From Bacteriovoracia bacterium (GTDB lineage Bacteria; Bdellovibrionota; UBA1018; CAIPTA01): a stretch of 64,000 bases of DNA. Shown one piece after another: positions 58,607 to 64,000 of the stretch (its first letter is position 1; each line of letters begins with the position of its first letter). The notes beneath the pieces are model-generated. The model saw nothing but the letters and a program-made list of their open reading frames with translations, did no database searches and was not told the DNA's origin. Where the stretch lies: assembly GCA_050246755.1 (NCBI GenBank), contig JBFWVL010000006.1, forward strand, positions 64,001 to 128,000, written 5' to 3'. Made by a program: the position numbers and the translations under genes.

Positions 58607-59356
58607 CTAAACGTACATCCCGCCGTTCACGGCGATCACTTGCCCCGTCACGTAGGAGCTGGCCGGAGAAGCGAGCCAGAGTACGGCTTCGGCGATTTCT
58701 TTGCCTGAGCCCATGCGTCCCATGGGAATATTCGCGAGCATCGCCGTCTTGGCGGCCTCGGGAAGGTCGGTAGTCATCTCGGTATCGATAAAGCCAGGGG
58801 CCACCACGTTCACGCGAATATTGCGAGAAGCGAGTTCTTTAGCGAGAGTCTTCGACAGGCCAATCAAGCCCGCCTTCGAAGCGGAGTAAGCGGCCTGGCC
58901 GGCATTGCCCATTTGGCCCACCACGGAGCTCATATTGATAATGGCGCCTTCGCGGGCCTTCATCATGGGGCGCACCACGGCGCGGGCGCAGAGGGCGGCG
59001 CCTTTCAAATTCGTATTGAGGGTATCGTCCCACTCTTCGTCCTTCATGCGCATAAAGAGGGAATCCTTGGCGATGCCGGCGTTATTCACGAGAATATGAA
59101 TCGCGCCCTTGGCTTTGATCACTTCGTCTACGGCGGTATCCACCGCGGCGGAGTCGGAAACGGAAAAAGGCTTTACGAGGCCATCTCCGCCGGCCGATTT
59201 GATCTCGGCGAGCACGGCTTCAGCTTTTTCTACGCCGCGGGAAGTGCAGTTCAGCACCACGAAGGCGCCGGCAGAAGCCAAGCGAAGGGCCACTTCCCGG
59301 CCGATGCCGCGGGAGGCGCCGGTCACGAGGGCTACTTTTCCGTTGAGAGTGCTCAT
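58607..59356 (-). CDS. fabG: 3-oxoacyl-ACP reductase
   Basis: TGASRGIG, NNAGI, GNAGQAAYSASK, VNGGM. Confidence 0.96.
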   Translation of the reverse strand: MSTLNGKVALVTGASRGIGREVALRLASAGAFVVLNCTSRGVEKAEAVLAEIKSAGGDGLVKPFSVSDSAAVDTAVDEVIKAKGAIHILVNNAGIAKDSLFMRMKDEEWDDTLNTNLKGAALCARAVVRPMMKAREGAIINMSSVVGQMGNAGQAAYSASKAGLIGLSKTLAKELASRNIRVNVVAPGFIDTEMTTDLPEAAKTAMLANIPMGRMGSGKEIAEAVLWLASPASSYVTGQVIAVNGGMYV

Positions 59357-59372
59357 TTGAAATCTCCTAAAA

Positions 59373-60371
59373 TTACCAGCGCATCACGCCGGCGGCCCAA
59401 GTGAGGCCTCCGCCAAAAGTGGTCATCAAAACGAGGTCGCCCTTTTTGATTTTTCCCGCTTTTACGTATTCGTCGAAGCAAGTGGGGATTGTGGCCGAAG
59501 AAGTATTGCCGTATTTCTGCAGGTTGAGGGCAACTTTTTCCATCGGGAAGCTCAGTCGCTTGCCAATGGTTTCGATGATGCGCAGATTGGCTTGGTGAGG
59601 CACGAACCAGTCGATATCGCTGACCTTGAGATTTTGCTTTTCCAGCACTTCCTCACAAGCGGCCACCATGTTTTTCACGGCGTGCTTATAGATTTCCTGG
59701 CCGTTCATGCGGATGAACTGCATGTTTTTGTCCACGGTTTCGTGGGTGGGAGGGAACTGGCTGCCCCCGCCCGGCATGTCGAGAAGATCGCCGAGGCGGC
59801 CGTCGGCATGCACGGCGAGTTCTAAGATCTCTCCGGGGTCTCCGGCTTTGCAGGGCTGCACGAGCGAAGCGCCGGCGCCGTCGCCGAAGAGCACGCAGGT
59901 AGTGCGGTCTTTCCAGTTCACGAAGCGAGAAAGCGCTTCGCTGCCGATCACGAGCACGTTCTTGTACTGCCCGGTGCGCACGAGGGCATCGGCCACCTGC
60001 AGGCCGGCCATCCAGCCCGCGCAGGCGCTAAAGAGATCGTAGGCGCCGCCGCCAGTATGGCAGCCGATTTTCGCCTGCACGGTGGCGGCAAGCGAGGGCA
60101 TGAAGCGGTCGGGGGAGGTGGTGCAGCCGATAATGAGATCCACTTCTTCGGGTTTCACGCCGGCTTTTTTTAGGGCATCCAGGCAGGCGGTGGCGGCGAT
60201 ATCGCTGTTTTGCTCATCGGGGCCAAGCTTGCGGCGCTCACGGATACCCGTGCGCTCGGTGATCCACTGGTCGGAAGTGTCCACGATTTTTTCCATGTCG
60301 TGGTTAGTGACTATTTTTTCGGGGAAGCCGGTGCCGAAGGCGGCGATGCGGGCGCGAGTTGTTTTAGGCAT
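59373..60371 (-). CDS. fabH: 3-oxoacyl-ACP synthase III
   Basis: WITERTGIRERR, ACAG, PHQANLRI, GNTSSA, FGGGLTW. Confidence 0.96.
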   Translation of the reverse strand: MPKTTRARIAAFGTGFPEKIVTNHDMEKIVDTSDQWITERTGIRERRKLGPDEQNSDIAATACLDALKKAGVKPEEVDLIIGCTTSPDRFMPSLAATVQAKIGCHTGGGAYDLFSACAGWMAGLQVADALVRTGQYKNVLVIGSEALSRFVNWKDRTTCVLFGDGAGASLVQPCKAGDPGEILELAVHADGRLGDLLDMPGGGSQFPPTHETVDKNMQFIRMNGQEIYKHAVKNMVAACEEVLEKQNLKVSDIDWFVPHQANLRIIETIGKRLSFPMEKVALNLQKYGNTSSATIPTCFDEYVKAGKIKKGDLVLMTTFGGGLTWAAGVMRW

Positions 60372-60381
60372 ATTGAATTCC

Positions 60382-61461
60382 TCAATCTTTTTCCAGAGCG
60401 CCAATCTTCGTGTCGGACTCCTGAATTACTTGGCGCAGCACGGAAGGCAGGTCAGTTTTAGCACTCTCCGCTGCGCGCAAGATACCATTTTTTATTGCTT
60501 TTGCCGTGGAGCGGCCATGGGAAATAAAGGCATGCCCGTCAATCCCAATAAGCGGCGCGGCCCCCACTTCCGCGTAGTCGGTGCGGCGTTTGAGTTTTTT
60601 TAGGGCACGCATGGCGAAGGCGGCCCCCACCACGGCCAGCCAGTCGCTTTTAATTTCTTTTTTGAGCAAATCGGTTACGGCGGTGGCGAGGCCCTCTAAA
60701 CTCTTTAGTACGATATTTCCCGTGAACCCGTCGCAGACCACCACATCGCAGTTCCCATGAAACAGGCGCCCGCCCTCTACGTAGCCTTGGTACACCCCTT
60801 TACCAAACACTTTTTGTTCTTGGAGCTTCTTGAGCACGCTATTGGTTTCGCGGGTGAGATCGGTGCCCTTGGAATCCTCTCCGCCGTTGGAGAGCACGCC
60901 CACGCTTCCCTTAGTGCCGGGAAATAGGGAGCGAAAATATTCCGATCCCAGCAGCGCCCACTGCACGAGGTGAATGGGTTTGCAGACGGTATTGGCGCCG
61001 GCATCGAGCAAGAGCAGGAATCCACGGGTGGTGGGAAGGGGTACGGCGATCGCGGGCCGCTCCACGCCGGCAATGCGTTTCATGTAGAGCACGGCGGAAG
61101 CTAGGGCCGCACCCGAGTTGCCGGCACTGAGGAAGGCGGCGTGGGGCTCTTTTGCGGCGAGACGCATGGCCACATTGAGGGAGGCTTCTTTTTTTTGGCG
61201 CACGGCCGAAGCGGGGTGATCGTCCATCTCAATCCATTCGGGCGTATGGTGAATGGATATTTGGTGGAGGCGGGCTTTTTTTTCTTTTTTTGCCTCAGAA
61301 TCGAGGAGGGGGCGAAGCTTGGTTTCATCGCCGACTAGCACAATACGAATATCATCACGCTCGATCGAAACCCAAAGCGCTCCCCGCACGTTTACCTTGG
61401 GGGCGAGGTCGCCGCCCATCGCATCAACGTATACGGTGGACAAGTGTCGCTTGGACTTCAT
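60382..61461 (-). CDS. plsX: Phosphate acyltransferase PlsX
   Basis: VDAMGGD.AP, SAGNSGA, RPAI, DAGAN, DGFTGNIVLK. Confidence 0.96.
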   Translation of the reverse strand: MKSKRHLSTVYVDAMGGDLAPKVNVRGALWVSIERDDIRIVLVGDETKLRPLLDSEAKKEKKARLHQISIHHTPEWIEMDDHPASAVRQKKEASLNVAMRLAAKEPHAAFLSAGNSGAALASAVLYMKRIAGVERPAIAVPLPTTRGFLLLLDAGANTVCKPIHLVQWALLGSEYFRSLFPGTKGSVGVLSNGGEDSKGTDLTRETNSVLKKLQEQKVFGKGVYQGYVEGGRLFHGNCDVVVCDGFTGNIVLKSLEGLATAVTDLLKKEIKSDWLAVVGAAFAMRALKKLKRRTDYAEVGAAPLIGIDGHAFISHGRSTAKAIKNGILRAAESAKTDLPSVLRQVIQESDTKIGALEKD

Positions 61462-61495
61462 CGAGAAAAACTATTTAGCTGTTTTAGCTAGTGGA

Positions 61496-61690
61496 TCAGG
61501 CTTCTGCAGCTGCAGCGGCCATTACCTGTTTTCCGTTATAGTGCCCGCAGCTACCGCAAATACGGTGAGAAAGGGCGGGGGCATTGCAATTGGAGCAACG
61601 CATGGTGTTTGCGGCCTCCATGCGGTATGCGCTGGAAAATCTGCGTAGGTCGCGACGGGAGCGGGTCTGTCTCTTCTTTGGTACTGCCAT
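61496..61690 (-). CDS. rpmF: 50S ribosomal protein L32 (zinc-ribbon form)
   Basis: MAVPKKR...RR, CSNC...HRICGSCG.Y.G. Confidence 0.95.
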   Translation of the reverse strand: MAVPKKRQTRSRRDLRRFSSAYRMEAANTMRCSNCNAPALSHRICGSCGHYNGKQVMAAAAAEA

Positions 61691-61922
61691 AGTGGGGGAA
61701 ACATAGTGGAAAAGATTTGGAAATTCCACTCCTTTTTCACTCTTTCCCGGGCGCCATATTGCAGTGAATCATTTCTTTGGGGAGGTTTTCTGAAATGCTC
61801 GCTTAAGGATGAAGCGTTTGAAATCTAAAAGGTTTTTATTCCAGTACTTGATTTCCTTTCCTTGCCCTCTCTGCGGCGTTTGCTACAATCTTAGATGAGA
61901 GAGGTTTTACACGGAGGTCCTC

Positions 61923-62744
61923 TTGTCTGATTTATCCTATTTTGTCTCCCACGCGGGAAAGCAGCAGGGACCCTTTTCCCAGCAAGACCTCAAGAAGAAG
62001 CTTAAGGGCGGCGATCTCACGTATACTGATTACCTTTGGCATCCCGACAATCAATCGTGGGTGATGCTGGCGAGCTTCTTCGCCACGGAATTTACTCCCC
62101 CGAAAGATCCTCCCACCGGCGTGAAAGTAGACGAGGCGAAGCTCAAGGAACGCGAATTCGCCTCCGAAACTTTTTCTCAGGATCTCGGCATTTCCAACGA
62201 GCCGATTTGGTTTCTCTACCGCGACAATACGAAGTTCGGCCCGTACCGCTACCTCGAGCTGGTGCGCCTGCTGCAAACGAATGCGTGCGCGCCCGACGAT
62301 TTTATCTGGAAGCCGGGATTCGAAGACTGGACCAGGCTGCGGCATTGCCCGGAGTTTGAAGATCCCGTGCTCAAGAAGCTGGTGCACCTGCGGAATTTTG
62401 GCACCGAGAAAATTTTCGTGCAGCGCCGTTTCCCGCGCGTTCCCTACGAGAGCGAAGTTATTCTCCACGACGAAAAACGCGTGATCTTCGGCGCGGCCCG
62501 TTCCTTATCGGAAGGCGGCGCGTTCCTCGAGGTGAACAAGCTGACCCACGTGAAGGGCGATCGTATCAAGGTGCACTTTACGCCGGGTGGGGTGGGCGTG
62601 CCATTCAATTGCATCGCCGAAGTTACCCAGGTTTCTAAAGGGCCGCCGGCCGGCTATAACGTAAAATTCATTTACTTAGAGGAAGAGGATCGCAAGCGGA
62701 TCGCGCAGTATACGGACTCAATAGTTTCGGCTACGGCGGGATGA
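61923..62744 (+). CDS. Tandem GYF_2 (DUF4339) + PilZ domain protein
   Basis: QQGPFS..W, KFGPY..IWKPGFEDW; RRFPR and SLSEGG; TTG start after RBS ggagg. Confidence 0.8.
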   Translation: MSDLSYFVSHAGKQQGPFSQQDLKKKLKGGDLTYTDYLWHPDNQSWVMLASFFATEFTPPKDPPTGVKVDEAKLKEREFASETFSQDLGISNEPIWFLYRDNTKFGPYRYLELVRLLQTNACAPDDFIWKPGFEDWTRLRHCPEFEDPVLKKLVHLRNFGTEKIFVQRRFPRVPYESEVILHDEKRVIFGAARSLSEGGAFLEVNKLTHVKGDRIKVHFTPGGVGVPFNCIAEVTQVSKGPPAGYNVKFIYLEEEDRKRIAQYTDSIVSATAG

Positions 62745-62763
62745 TAGGCAGTTGCAGCGATAA

Positions 62764-64000
62764 ATGACGGAACAAATAAATTTTCTCCTACGTAAGGTTA
62801 CAGGCGACCAAGCGGTGGGGACCGAACAAAATCTGCGCGATCTGCTTCAGAAGGGGCAATGCAAGCCTGCGGATCTTCTCTTTGATTTTTCCTCCGCACG
62901 CTGGTGCCGCGTGGGCGATCATAAAGCCCTGGCGGATCTTTTCCGCGTGAAGCCTTCGCAAATTCCCGACCGCAAGATCATTTACTATATGGGCCCTGGC
63001 TCTTCGGGCATCATGCAGGGGCCGCACAGCACCAAGGAAATTCAAGCGCGGATTCAGTCGCGGGAGATCTGTGAGTCCACCTGGATTTTCGTGGATGGCG
63101 ATAAAGAGTGGCGCCAAGTGCGCAACGTGAAGATTCTCTTCGAGATGCTTCCGGCGCTTCCCAGTGAAGCTCCCGTCAAGCCGGCACCCGAGGCTCCCGA
63201 GCCGGCCGCTGTCCCGGACCTAGAGATTTCGTTTCCGGAACCTGGCGATGGAGACCGCGCCTCCCTTACGAACGCCTTGGAGGGGTTGGAGCTTTCTTCA
63301 CTTTCCACCAAAGCGGATACGGGCACCGATTCCGGCTTTTCCCTTAGCCTCGGCGAAGATCCCGCCGTGGATCAGGAAGATCCCACGAAGGCATTTTCCA
63401 CGCTCGGCTTGTCCGCCGAGCTTTCTGCGCCTCCGCCCATGAAGGCCACGCCGCCGGCGCCGCCTTCTTCGGCTCCCCCCGCGCCACCGCGGGCCCCCGC
63501 TGCTCCGGTGGCTACGGTCCAGCCTGAGCCCGAGAGGGACACGGGCAGTTTCGACGGCATCACCGCGCAGATCCCGATGGAACCTATCTGGCTCGTGAAG
63601 CGGGGGAACGTGGAAACGGTCGCCGGCCCCTTTCGCTTCCTCGAGGTGATAAAGCTGCTCGAAGAGGGCAAGCTGAATAAAAACGATAAAATTTCGCGCG
63701 AAGGCACGAACCGTTTCGTGAAAATCCAGCAACAGTACGAATTCAACGTGAAGTTCGTGGTGGAGACCGTGGTCGAGAGCGGCGTGGAGCGCCAGCGGAT
63801 CGTGATCAAGCGGCGCCATCCTCGTGTGTCTTACATGACGGAAGTCCAGATCACCAGCAAGGCGGGCGTGCAAGTGGCGGCCTGCGTGAACGTGAGCGCG
63901 GGCGGTATCCTGATCGAGATGCCCAAGGGCGACTTCACGCTCGGCGAGGTTATTGATATCAAGATGCTGCCGAGCCTGATCAACAAGACGATTGTTTGCC
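62764..64000 (+). CDS. Multi-GYF-like + Pro-rich linker + PilZ protein; runs off the window end
   Basis: Not in the ORF track. Hand translation from ATG 62764 is stop-free: QGPHS..W, AGPFRFLEV, RRHPR, NVSAGG. Confidence 0.75.
   Translation, partial: MTEQINFLLRKVTGDQAVGTEQNLRDLLQKGQCKPADLLFDFSSARWCRVGDHKALADLFRVKPSQIPDRKIIYYMGPGSSGIMQGPHSTKEIQARIQSREICESTWIFVDGDKEWRQVRNVKILFEMLPALPSEAPVKPAPEAPEPAAVPDLEISFPEPGDGDRASLTNALEGLELSSLSTKADTGTDSGFSLSLGEDPAVDQEDPTKAFSTLGLSAELSAPPPMKATPPAPPSSAPPAPPRAPAAPVATVQPEPERDTGSFDGITAQIPMEPIWLVKRGNVETVAGPFRFLEVIKLLEEGKLNKNDKISREGTNRFVKIQQQYEFNVKFVVETVVESGVERQRIVIKRRHPRVSYMTEVQITSKAGVQVAACVNVSAGGILIEMPKGDFTLGEVIDIKMLPSLINKTIVC

Noticed and set aside
61748-61762. 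sigma54-like CGGGCGCCATATTGC upstream of the GYF-PilZ genes
   Set aside because: Weak match, 160 nt from the start, and a sigma70-like TTGCCC..TACAAT lies closer.

Overview
Gene-dense chromosomal window of moderately high GC, most likely from a Bdellovibrionota/Oligoflexia-type bacterium (inferred from the AglRQS-type motor, TIGR02147 protein, GYF-PilZ proteins, many secreted proteases and the fab-rpiB-glyA-nrdR-nusB order). Housekeeping blocks: hrpB; a Zur-boxed metal-uptake operon; pstSCAB; phoU-phoB-phoR; dksA; aglRQS-like motor; trxA; gmhA; polA; and rpmF-plsX-fabH-fabG // acpP-fabF-rpiB-glyA // nrdR-nusB. These are interspersed with many secreted or membrane accessory genes. I found no rRNA, tRNA, CRISPR array, integrase or transposase. 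Top observation: a GP42/TGase-elicitor-type transglutaminase is transcribed divergently from a lipoprotein carrying (D)KGQDQ Gln/Lys repeats, and each gene has its own sigma54-type promoter. This suggests an undescribed enzyme-substrate envelope cross-linking module within a dispersed sigma54 stress/dormancy regulon. Also notable: a zinc-type ABC operon with a plug-less outer-membrane barrel but no ATPase, a signal-peptide-bearing amidoligase-fold protein, and a palindrome-flanked two-gene insertion in the fab operon. All calls come from motifs recognised by eye; no searches were run.
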